DNA of 62,049 nucleotides, filler included. It is 6 parts of 6 records of this genome, joined end to end, with 100 filler letters (N's around TTAATTAATTAA, not from the genome) between each part and the next. Parts side by side here need not be neighbours in the genome. Positions count along the whole stretch, not along the records: positions 45,122 to 55,781 come from SRR2962707_5187; positions 55,882 to 62,049 come from SRR2962707_5189; 4 more parts are not named here. One strand, given 5' to 3'. This document shows, one piece after another, positions 53,252 through 62,049 of the stretch (within the stretch, counting starts at the first letter, position 1; each line of letters begins with the position of its first letter). The notes below the pieces were generated by a model. It had not been told where the DNA came from and did not search any database. It saw only the letters and a program-made list of their open reading frames with translations. The position numbers and the translations under genes were made by a program.

Positions 53252-54448
53252 CTAAGACAATTTAGCAAGAGAAACGGTCATTTTCGCAATGGCCTTTTTC
53301 AATTCCTCCTCTGATGCTGCATATGATAACCTCAAACATTCCGGATCTCCAAACGCCTCACCAGTTACCAAGGAAACATGTGCGTCCTCGAGCAAGAACA
53401 TACACAAGTCATTTACTGTCTCGATCTTCGTATCGCCATGCGACTTTCCAAGATAGTATCTGACATTAGGGAAGAAGTAAAATGCACCTTGTGGCATGTT
53501 CACTTCAAATCCCGGAATTTCTTTGAGGAGATTGTAGACCAGCGATCTTCTCTCTTCGTAAGCCTTGACCATTCGATGCGTAGGTTCCATTGGACCTGAA
53601 AGTGCTGTCAACGCAGCGCGCTGGGCAATGGAGCAGTTTCCAGAGGTGTATTGCCCCTGCATCTTGTTGGCGGCCTTCGCTATCCACAATGGCGCACCGA
53701 TATATCCAACACGCCAGCCCGTCATGGCAAATCCTTTGGAAAATCCGTTCACCGTTACGGTTCGTTCCAACATCCCGTCAAGGGTTCCTATACTCTCATG
53801 TTTGCTCCCAAAATTGATCAGTTCGTAAATTTCATCTGAAATAATGGTGATATCCTCTCGATCTCTAAGTACATCCGCAATTCCCTCAAGTTCTTCTCTT
53901 GTGAATACAGAACCTGTTGGATTGCACGGTGATGAAAAAATGATTGCTTTGGTTTTATCCGTGATAGCATCTTTAATCTGATCTGCGGTCGCCTTAAAAT
54001 CATTTTCAATCGTCCCTCTAACAAACACTGGCTTCCCTTCTGCCAGCAGAATCATAGCCGAATAACTCACCCAGTATGGCGTCAACACGATCACTTCATC
54101 ACCCGGATTCAGGATAGCCATAAATACGTTCGCTATTGATTGTTTTGCTCCATTTGAAACCACTATTTGGTCAGGACCATAGTCCAATCCATTGTCTCGC
54201 TTGAACTTTTCTGAAATTGCCTTTCTAAGATCGAGATATCCATTCACCGGGGGATAAGCGAAGTAGTTTTCTGAGTTAATGGCCGCTATCGCACCTTCCT
54301 GAACATGCTTAGGCGTTTTAAAATCCGGCTCTCCGAGACTAAGACTGATTACCTCAATTCCTTTTTCTTTCATCTCACGTGCCTTGGCTGCCATGGCTAG
54401 TGTCGCTGATTCGGGGATACTTTTGATTCGATTGGAAAGTGCGTTCAT
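53252..54448 (-). CDS. aspC: PLP-dependent class I aminotransferase (aspartate aminotransferase type)
   Basis: GEPDF.TP, GAKQS, SPCNPTG, SDEIYE, NGFSKGFAMTGWRVGY, GAFYFFP. Confidence 0.92.
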   Translation of the reverse strand: MNALSNRIKSIPESATLAMAAKAREMKEKGIEVISLSLGEPDFKTPKHVQEGAIAAINSENYFAYPPVNGYLDLRKAISEKFKRDNGLDYGPDQIVVSNGAKQSIANVFMAILNPGDEVIVLTPYWVSYSAMILLAEGKPVFVRGTIENDFKATADQIKDAITDKTKAIIFSSPCNPTGSVFTREELEGIADVLRDREDITIISDEIYELINFGSKHESIGTLDGMLERTVTVNGFSKGFAMTGWRVGYIGAPLWIAKAANKMQGQYTSGNCSIAQRAALTALSGPMEPTHRMVKAYEERRSLVYNLLKEIPGFEVNMPQGAFYFFPNVRYYLGKSHGDTKIETVNDLCMFLLEDAHVSLVTGEAFGDPECLRLSYAASEEELKKAIAKMTVSLAKLS

Positions 54449-54463
54449 ACAAATAATTTTTGG

Positions 54464-54511
54464 TAAAAATAGAAAGGAAGAGCCAACTCCTCATGGTCAA
54501 CTCTTCCTTTC
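54464..54511 (-). terminator. Intrinsic terminator after porV
   Basis: Minus strand gaaaggaagag..ctcttcctttc stem followed by tattttt. Confidence 0.7.
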
Positions 54512-54533
54512 AAATGTCTTTATTTTTAAGCTA

Positions 54534-55742
54534 TTAGCCTCCCTCGTCCTGGCTTTTATCCAGATTGAAAAGCAATGAAATACGGAGTGTATCAGCCAAT
54601 GGATGATTTTGTCCCTTTGGGATCAGATAAGAGAAATCAAACCCAAAAATTTGATACCTGAAACCTGCTCCTACTGTAAAATACTTTCGATCTCCCTTGT
54701 TTTTGTGCTCCGAGAAATACCCAGCCCTTGCGGCAAAAATATCTCTGTACCAATATTCAGCGCCTACTGAATAAGTAAGTTCCTGGAGCTCTTCTTTAAA
54801 TCCTCTTGGCGCGTCACCAAATGAACCAAAAGTTCCGGATAATAGTGGCCGATCCGGGTCCTTCCCTTTCGCTATGATCTTATTTCCATCACTGTCTGTT
54901 TCAATGTTTCCATTTCCATCCGTTTGATAAATGGGAGGTGTAGGAACCATCAGCTTATTGATATCAAATGCGAGAGTAATGGTGTTGTAAGGATCCAGGT
55001 TTGTCTTAAAAGCCGAACCAAGTCTGAAGTTGGCAGGAATGAAGTTTTCATTGCTCTCCGCACTGTAAGTGATTTTCTGTCCAATATTAGAAAGATGAGC
55101 ACCGATTGAAAGCTCAGAGTTTTTCCCGGATAGCAGGAAAGGTTTGGTGTAATACCATCCCAGGTCTACCGCCACAGAAGTTCCGGCTTTAGCGTCAGGA
55201 GCTCCGGTTATGTTACCTGCGAGGTTAGACCAAATAAAGCGAAGGGTAACACCAACACCCATGTTTTCAGAAAGCTTTCTGGAGTATGTCCCATCAAATG
55301 CAAGCTCGCTTGGGTTCTCCACCCCGTTCGGGTTAGCAAACTCATCGTAGAGTGCAATCTCCCCAAGATCGAAATACCTAAAAGAGGCAGCAAACGTCTG
55401 GGTCTGATCAATTTTTTTATAAAACGACAGATAGTTCAAAGACATATCATCCACGATGTTTCCCAACCATGGGGAATAAGAGAAAGAAAATCCCATGTCG
55501 GTTTCAATGAAGGCCAGTTTGGCATTGTTCCAGTGTACACTATTTGCATCAGGGGAGGTAGCCACACCAGCATCTCCCATAGCTGATGCACGGCTGTCAG
55601 GCGCAAAGCCTAAAAACGGGACGGCTACCGTAATGGGGTTTCTGAGACTATCCTGACCGGAAATAAAGGAAGACTGACCAAAAGTTGGAACAGCTGCAAG
55701 AACCAGAAGGATTGCGAATATCTTCTTCTCAAGATGATTCAT
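54534..55742 (-). CDS. porV: Type IX secretion system shuttle protein PorV
   Basis: NPITVAVPFL..APDSRASAMGDAGVATSPD, SYSPWL, DINKLMVPTP, GAEYWY...RAGYF.E...KG.RKYFT, HPLADTLR; TAAGTTTG promoter element at 55767-74. Confidence 0.93.
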   Translation of the reverse strand: MNHLEKKIFAILLVLAAVPTFGQSSFISGQDSLRNPITVAVPFLGFAPDSRASAMGDAGVATSPDANSVHWNNAKLAFIETDMGFSFSYSPWLGNIVDDMSLNYLSFYKKIDQTQTFAASFRYFDLGEIALYDEFANPNGVENPSELAFDGTYSRKLSENMGVGVTLRFIWSNLAGNITGAPDAKAGTSVAVDLGWYYTKPFLLSGKNSELSIGAHLSNIGQKITYSAESNENFIPANFRLGSAFKTNLDPYNTITLAFDINKLMVPTPPIYQTDGNGNIETDSDGNKIIAKGKDPDRPLLSGTFGSFGDAPRGFKEELQELTYSVGAEYWYRDIFAARAGYFSEHKNKGDRKYFTVGAGFRYQIFGFDFSYLIPKGQNHPLADTLRISLLFNLDKSQDEGG

Positions 55743-55781
55743 TCGAATGAATTTATAAAAGGATGCCAAACTTAACATTAT

Positions 55782-55881
55782 NNNNNNNNNNNNNNNNNNN
55801 NNNNNNNNNNNNNNNNNNNNNNNNNTTAATTAATTAANNNNNNNNNNNNNNNNNNNNNNNNNNNNNNNNNNNNNNNNNNNN
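55782..55881. other. Artificial contig spacer 5
   Basis: N44-TTAATTAATTAA-N44. Confidence 0.99.
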
Positions 55882-55910
55882 GAGAGGGAGAGAGAGAGGG
55901 AGAGCGAGAG
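55882..55910 (+). repeat. GA-rich microsatellite at the contig end
   Basis: gagagggagagagagaggg... Confidence 0.85.
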
Positions 55911-56786
55911 ACCAACTTCACGTGTTCGTGTTCGTTCCGCAACACCTCTTCTGACTACACCAATTTAACCTTTGTATTTTTACAAATCAACCATACTAAA
56001 ACAGTTAATTATCGTCTACTAACAATGTTTTAAACAAGCAGTTTTTTCTCGCGAGAACCAGGGCTCGTGGAAAGCCGCTGCGGCTCGCACAGAAAAGCTC
56101 GAGCAAAAACTCAGCGGGACAGGGCTTTGTACAGGCTGGTGGTGGAAGCATCGCCGACTACACACACACACAGCCTGTATGATCTACGAGGCGGAGCCCT
56201 TCTTGGTCCATAGCCTGTACGATGGCGCTGCGCGTTGCGGACTCGCAGCTGTCTCGCTCCCACACTCACTCGTTCTCTTTTTCCTCCCTCTCTCACTCTC
56301 TCACTGCTCCTTGCTTGTGGTCCTCCACTCACCACTCACCACTCCAGCAGCTGTCTTCTCTCTCTCTCTCCGTCTCTCTCTCACGCAGTCTCTCTCTGTT
56401 TGTCACTGGATGTCGCGCTCTCGCAATCTGGAGGCTGTGGTGGAAATTGCGGAGTGGGTTTGGTGGAGTTGCAGACGAGGCTGTTGAAAACTGCGGCTGG
56501 AGGGAGCGTGGTACGACGTCGATCTACATGCACGTCTCACTTTCCGTGGAGCGAGATGTCGAGTCAATAGGGACGGATCAAATGGAACAAGAACACGCGT
56601 GAAGTTAAACCGCCATATTTCGTCATATTTGTTTCGCTGTCCACTCAACACCACAGTGCTTAGCATGCCACGTTCGTAGACCTACGTTCTGTCTAAAAAT
56701 CCATCAGCTCTGTAGTTCGTGGACTTTCGTCCAGGGCACCGTGCAGCTTTGTCCAGCGATCAGCATTGAAGTGATTGTTGACTTTA

Positions 56787-58189
56787 ATGAAAAACCTCAC
56801 AACCTCGCCACATCATCGCCACAACCTCACCACGTCAGGGAGCGCAGGAAACGATGGTTCTCTTGATCTCGTTCTCGCTGTTGTTTTCACTGTCGGCAGT
56901 GCGGCAGCCAACAGCCTTGGACTGGTGATGCAGAAGTGGGCAAAGAAGCCGTGTGGTTTGTGGTGGATCTTTGGCAACCTCATCTTCCAGAGCGGTTCAC
57001 TGCTCATGGCTGCAGGCTTGGCATTTGGAGAGCAACTGCTAGTCGCCCCTCTGGGGGCTCTTGTGATGGTGTTCAACATCCCTTTCTCCCACTGCTTTCT
57101 AAAAGAAAAGGCCTCGCCATGGGACATTCTGGGGTCTGTCTTCATTATGGCGGGTGTGGTTTGCGTCGCTTTGTTTGGGCCAGTGTCAGATACGAAGCCG
57201 ACAGCTGACCAACTAGACGATCTGCTGCTGCGCCCAGTGTTCATTGGTGTGGAAAGCTCCATACTTGTGTCCATGCTGGTTGTGGCGCTTGTTGCCCACT
57301 TTCAAGCGAAAAAAGTAATTTCTGATCATGAAGTGAAAGTTGCCTTTGCCGCACTCCACGAGCCACTGGCTGCCGGCTATTTGGACGAAGAGGATAGCAG
57401 CAGTGATGTGCTGAGTCAAAATGAGCGAGGGACAGACGGCGAGGTGACAAAACCTGTCACAGAGCCAGAGTCTCTGCAATTGCAGTTGGACAGCTGCCGC
57501 TCTTATTTTCTCTTTTTCGGATACGCTATTCTCATGGCAATGTCATCTGGCTTTTTGATGTGCGCTGCACAACTGCTGGAAATTTTAGTCATTGATGCCG
57601 TCAACAACCAGAGCGGTCCCAACATTGCCACGAACGGGCTTTTTTGGGGGCCCCTTGTGTTTCTTATTGTTTTTCTAGTTCTGCAGAGCAAGTTTGCCAA
57701 CAATGGACTTCGGGTATGTTATTGGTGTCGTGAAGGAGATTTTTTTCACGTGGGAGTCGCTCTGTGTGTTGCCAACTTTGCCCCACTTCATGCATGTGCC
57801 GCTTCACTGTGTCGTAGCTCTTCAGCGCCTTAACGCTTGTTCCGACCATCCAACTCTTCAATCAAATCGGCGTTGCGGCAATTGGAGCCGTGTACTTTGA
57901 AGAGTTCGACTTCTACGACACGCATACTTTGTACGTTTCCTTCTGCCCCTCTTGCTGAACGACTGCACCTTGCCATAGTCTCATTCGTCAACTTGTTATG
58001 TGATGGCGTGTGATTGTTTCTAGGTATGCAGGCTTGTTTGCAATGGCGATTGCGCTTTTGTTCGCGGGTCTCATTATTATCCTTGTGTGCCGTCACCGTA
58101 CACTTCAGCGCACATCGCGAAAAGACATCGACCAATTTGCGGCGCATGGAGGCCGCTTTGAAAGCAGCGATTCCTGGGCAGAAAACTAG
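56787..58189 (+). CDS. NIPA-like (DMT superfamily) Mg2+ transporter; exons 56787-57713, 57818-57930, 58024-58189
   Basis: GL.MQK, LAFGEQLLVAPLGAL..VFN..FSH.FLKEK, GL|RLFSAL..VP, G.VYFEEF; GT-AG splicing keeps the frame; start uncertain. Confidence 0.82.
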
Positions 58190-58301
58190 GCAGTGAAGCT
58201 CGTGGGTGTAGTGAGCCATTGGTGTTGCAATTTTGTGAAGGCCGACATCAGGAGCACATCAGCCCAAGTGTAATTTTTAGAATTCAGTGTTTGCCAAGCT
58301 T

Positions 58302-60196
58302 TCAATTTGTGCTGGTCGATCGCCGTTGCAGGATGCACGGAACGCCACCGGCCGCCGTCGCCACAACGGTGACATTGTGCTTTCCCGAAAATCCCTCCGG
58401 TGGTGCTGGTCGGATTTTGTATCGCTGCAGAAGTGCCACCAGCACAAGCTCTGTCTCCAATAGAGCAAGCCCTCGACCAAGGCAAAGTCGGGGCCCAGCA
58501 TTGAAAACAGGGTACTTGTAGTCGCTGACAGCGGACGGGCGAAAAATGGACTTCCGCCGATGTTTATCACCGTGCTCACCGTCATCACGCTTGCTGAGGA
58601 AGCGAGTGTGGTCGAATTTGAGAGGATCCTCCCAAATTAGAGGATTGCGACCCATGACGTAGGGAAGGTAAAAAACGGCAGTCCCTTTCTTCACAGGGAT
58701 ATTGGAGCCGTTTGGGTCCATGACATTGTCCTTGACGCAGATTTTCAGATCTCGCATCACTGGGGGGTGGAGGCGCAGCACCTCCAGGACCACGGCACGT
58801 GTTTGGACAAGGTTTCGTGACAGCACGCTAAATGCTTCAGCTTTCGGAAGGTCCATGAGCATGGTTCCGGCGGGAATATGTTCCTAGCCGAGCAAGTAGC
58901 AGAACGCAGGAACACAGGCGGTGGTGGGACAGCAAGAAACTCGCCACAAGAAAAGCTCCACATTTGAACTGCAAGCCCATACCTCCACTTCGGACAGAAT
59001 GATTTCCTCAAGGTGTGGATTTTTAGTCAATTCATAGATGCACCACGTCAGGGACGAGGCTGTAGTGTCGCGGCCAGCTAACAAAAAGTTAAAGACAACA
59101 TCACACAACTGGTCGTCACTGATGGTGGTCCCATCTCGCTCCGCTTTGTCCAAAAACCGAGTCACAAGGTCTACCCCGTGCATTTTCTGCACAATACCCA
59201 ACACAGAGAGCAGCCGCCAAGTTGTGAAAAGCAACATTCGCGTGAGCCGACCGCAGTCAGTCAAACATCCAGGACGACAGCTGGAAAGTGACGCATCAGT
59301 ATGAAAAGACGACGAACTTGATCTTCCCCAAGAGGTGATGCATTGCGTCGGCGGCCTTGAACAATGCGCTTTACAAAGTTACGGACCACAGAGGCATCCT
59401 TTGAGAACTGCCTTTCAGCCGGCGAGCGGATGAGCCGCATAAACTTCCACGCCGGGTTTAACAATCTGTGCCGAAGAAGATGGAGTTGGCACGCATCGAA
59501 GCTCTTGGAGAAGGGGTGGGGTTGTGTTTGCGTGCCAAGGTTCTGTCCGAATGCGATTTCGGAGAAGGTGTCCATGGTAAAGGCGAAAAAGCATGGTTGC
59601 AGATCAATGGCTTCACCAGTTTCGGCGTGTTTGTCTAACAGGCTCAGCAAGGTGCGCACATGCGAAACCGCCACATCCGTTCCGTCAATCATCAAATTGT
59701 TGGAGAACATGTTGGCTGCCACTTTGCGGTGAAACTTCCATGCCTCGCCGTCCTCGATGAATATGCCCGAGGACGCCACACCTTGCGCGGCCTCTAGAAA
59801 TGATTCTCCCTTGGCGTAGCACTTAAACCCGTCCTTGAGCAAGTGTTGTACTTCGGACGGCGTCGTGAGGACAATAGCCTGCCCGTTGCTAAACACACCC
59901 GCCCGCGGCATGGTGAATCCCCACGCTTTTTTGAACCTTCCGTACTTTTCTGTGCCCTTGAAAAACCATTCATCAAGTGAGTTGAGATTTTTCGCAATGG
60001 ATAAGGCACTGCCAACGAAGGGTGTTCCAGTTGGACCGTCAGTGTGCGTTTGCCTTCTCGGGGCGAGTGACTTGATCACAAAGTACGTGACGAAAAAAAT
60101 GAGCGTGTATGCAGTGCCTGACAGAAACACATCCTTCGTGCACCACTCTTCAACAAAAATGGCGCTTCGCGCGACAGTTTCTTGGGTGTTCTCCAT
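58302..60196 (-). CDS. Cytochrome P450, CYP86/94/704-clan-like; exons 60196-59318, 59186-58983, 58883-58302
   Basis: N-terminal TM helix, WKFHRK, FTMD..SEIAFG, I-helix NFLLAGRDTT, ExxR EVLRLHPPV, PYVMGR, heme motif FNAGPRLCLG. Confidence 0.93.
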
Positions 60197-60271
60197 CCTC
60201 GCGCGCACCGTTGGGTTCCGCAGTGTAGGACGTTCCAGAGTGCGACAGTTTCTATGGCTTTTTTCTTTTTA

Positions 60272-60327
60272 CATGTATGTATGTATGTTGTCATGTATGT
60301 ACGTTGTCATGTATGTATGTATGTATG
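60272..60327 (+). repeat. (ATGT)n imperfect microsatellite
   Basis: catgtatgtatgtatg... Confidence 0.85.
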
Positions 60328-60639
60328 AACGTCGACAAAAGCTGCACCTGTACTACAGCCGCAAACAACAGACATTCTAAAACAACCTGACACACAATAC
60401 TACACCTCATCTTGCTTGCAACCACAGCCAAGCAGCAACTGCAACTACCGGTACCATAACAACTGCGCCTGCGCCCGCATGCTTGCGCAAGGTGCCACGC
60501 ACACAATAAAACACGAAGCATCCGTCTCGTTAGCGCCTACGAAACGCACGCAAGCAACACAGGCAGAGACAGAGACAGAGCACAGACACACACACACAAT
60601 CGAAAGCCTTCGCCGGGCGTACACACGCTACTCACACAT

Positions 60640-61015
60640 CAACACAAGGCACAAGTCACCACACAGCACAAACACAGCAGCACAGTACACGCACAGCAAA
60701 ACACACGCAACACAAGGCACAAGTCAACACACAGCACGCAGCGAGCTATCGGAACACTTCATCAACACCATGCACAAGTCACCTCCACGCAGCACACAGC
60801 ACACTGCACCGCGAGCTAGATCTACCCATCAGCACAACAAGGCAACACACAGCACAAGATAACACACAGCACACAGCAGCACACAGTTAGTTAGCTGCCC
60901 ATCAGCACACAAGTCAACACACAGCACAAAAGGCAACACACAGCACACAGCACACAGCACTCATCAGCACTCAGCACACAGCACGCAGCACTCAGCACGC
61001 AGCACGCTGCACTCT
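60640..61015 (+). repeat. Degenerate GCACACA/CAGCAC low-complexity tandem repeat
   Basis: acacagcacacagcacacagcac, actcagcac units. Confidence 0.8.
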
Positions 61016-62049
61016 GCACCTGAGCGAGCCACGAGATCCATCTCGAAGATCCACCGGTAATCTACCGCGGTGTGAACAAGAGGACGGAAAAAAATAGTGA
61101 CGTCACGCGAATACCTGGCCTGATCTACACTGTGTCGCGTAGTAAGGGCGTATCAACTGAGCCATTGTGAAAAAGCAAAAGCGTACCGGTATGGTTGCAC
61201 CGCTTCGCGATCAATTTCGCAAAATTGGGTAAATTTGAAATTTGCGACTGTGCTTGGATAGCTGGGCCCAGAGTACGCGCGTTTTATGAAAGTCGAATTT
61301 ACTCATAATTTAACGAAATTTGAGGCGTGATCCTACTGCGTTCCAACACCACAAATAATTACAACACTATACGATTATATTTATGTTCTGTATTGAATAA
61401 TTTATGAACTGTATGTCCTTTACTAAACAGTTTTGTAACGACTAAAACTGTGCTGCATGCGCAGCTCGGTTGAACATCCATATGGTAAATGTACCGTATT
61501 AAAGCATGTACAAGTGTGTATGCATTATAAACTTAGATACGTAAAGGGAGAATGAAGGCGAAGGAAACTATCTGCGAATAGTACGTGAACACAACGAGCA
61601 TGTGTGGGTGCGTACATCTTGGTTTAAAAGTAAATATTGTTCAATACTTGAAGGTTTACTCACGTATTACAATAAGCCGCACGTTCGCTCACTCCTTCGC
61701 GCGACTCACTCACTGTCAGCCCCACTGAATACATAAATTTCGTTGAATACTGATTTTTGACTCGGTCAAGGTGGGGTATTATGCGAGTTTTACGATTGGT
61801 CTGTAGAGGCTGCTTTGGAGTGGGTGGCCAACACAGCGACGGCAGCTGGGGCTGTGTCCTAGATGAAGTTTCTGAATATGCGAGTTTTACTAGCTACGAA
61901 AGTAATTTAATAGGGCAAGATTCACGGTAAACTATCGCTTTCAAGCGCCCAGAAGCTCCTCATGAAGCCATAGTTGGGCTGCTCTACCCCAACTCAAGCG
62001 CTCACTCTGCTCTCTCTCACAGCAACGTCGCTCTCACACTCACTCCACT

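Noticed and set aside
55911-56786. ncRNA or short ORFs upstream of the NIPA gene
   Set aside because: CT-rich low-complexity sequence with no tRNA or snRNA structure recognised; probably promoter, UTR or intron.
60416-60862. 148-aa His/Thr-rich ORF
   Set aside because: It is the translation of the CA-rich low-complexity repeat and has no recognisable domain.
61780-61890. 14-bp direct repeat tatgcgagttttac (61780 and 61877)
   Set aside because: Only two copies, with no terminal repeats or transposase; no function can be assigned.

Overview
This window is not one genome. It is six unrelated contigs joined by five artificial 100-nt spacers (44 N + TTAATTAATTAA + 44 N), as in a metagenome pseudo-scaffold. 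(A) 1-10474: intron-containing protist DNA with a FAB1/PIKfyve lipid kinase gene convergent with a type-I membrane protein carrying 22 thrombospondin-type-3-like repeats. (B) 10575-16704: AT-rich marine gammaproteobacterium (Alteromonadales-like) with an RND adaptor, YkgJ, a Fur-boxed TonB receptor, MsrA, DUF4136 and the 3' end of an MksB-type SMC ATPase. (C) 16805-23279: protist DNA with a secreted phytocyanin-like/Thr-rich/9x LNR protein and propionyl-CoA carboxylase alpha. (D) 23380-45021: Rhodobacteraceae chromosome with rho, a probable oriC, maf-aroE-coaE-dnaQ, secB-fxsA-tim44-smr, an MFS transporter, crtE, idi, polysaccharide genes and flagellar genes motB-flgEKLI-motA. (E) 45122-55781: Bacteroidota (Cytophagales-like) housekeeping block from grpE to porV. 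(F) 55882-62049: protist DNA with a NIPA-like transporter and a CYP86/704-clan-like P450. The most interesting signal is in contig D. Intact crtE and idi are flanked by eroded relics that translate to CrtD-like and BchP-like motifs in their canonical positions, which suggests a fossil of a deleted anoxygenic photosynthesis gene cluster. The same contig has an apparent in-frame mltA deletion scar and a readable oriC. I found no CRISPR array, rRNA, tRNA or transposase. Family calls come from motif recognition by eye, not database searches.
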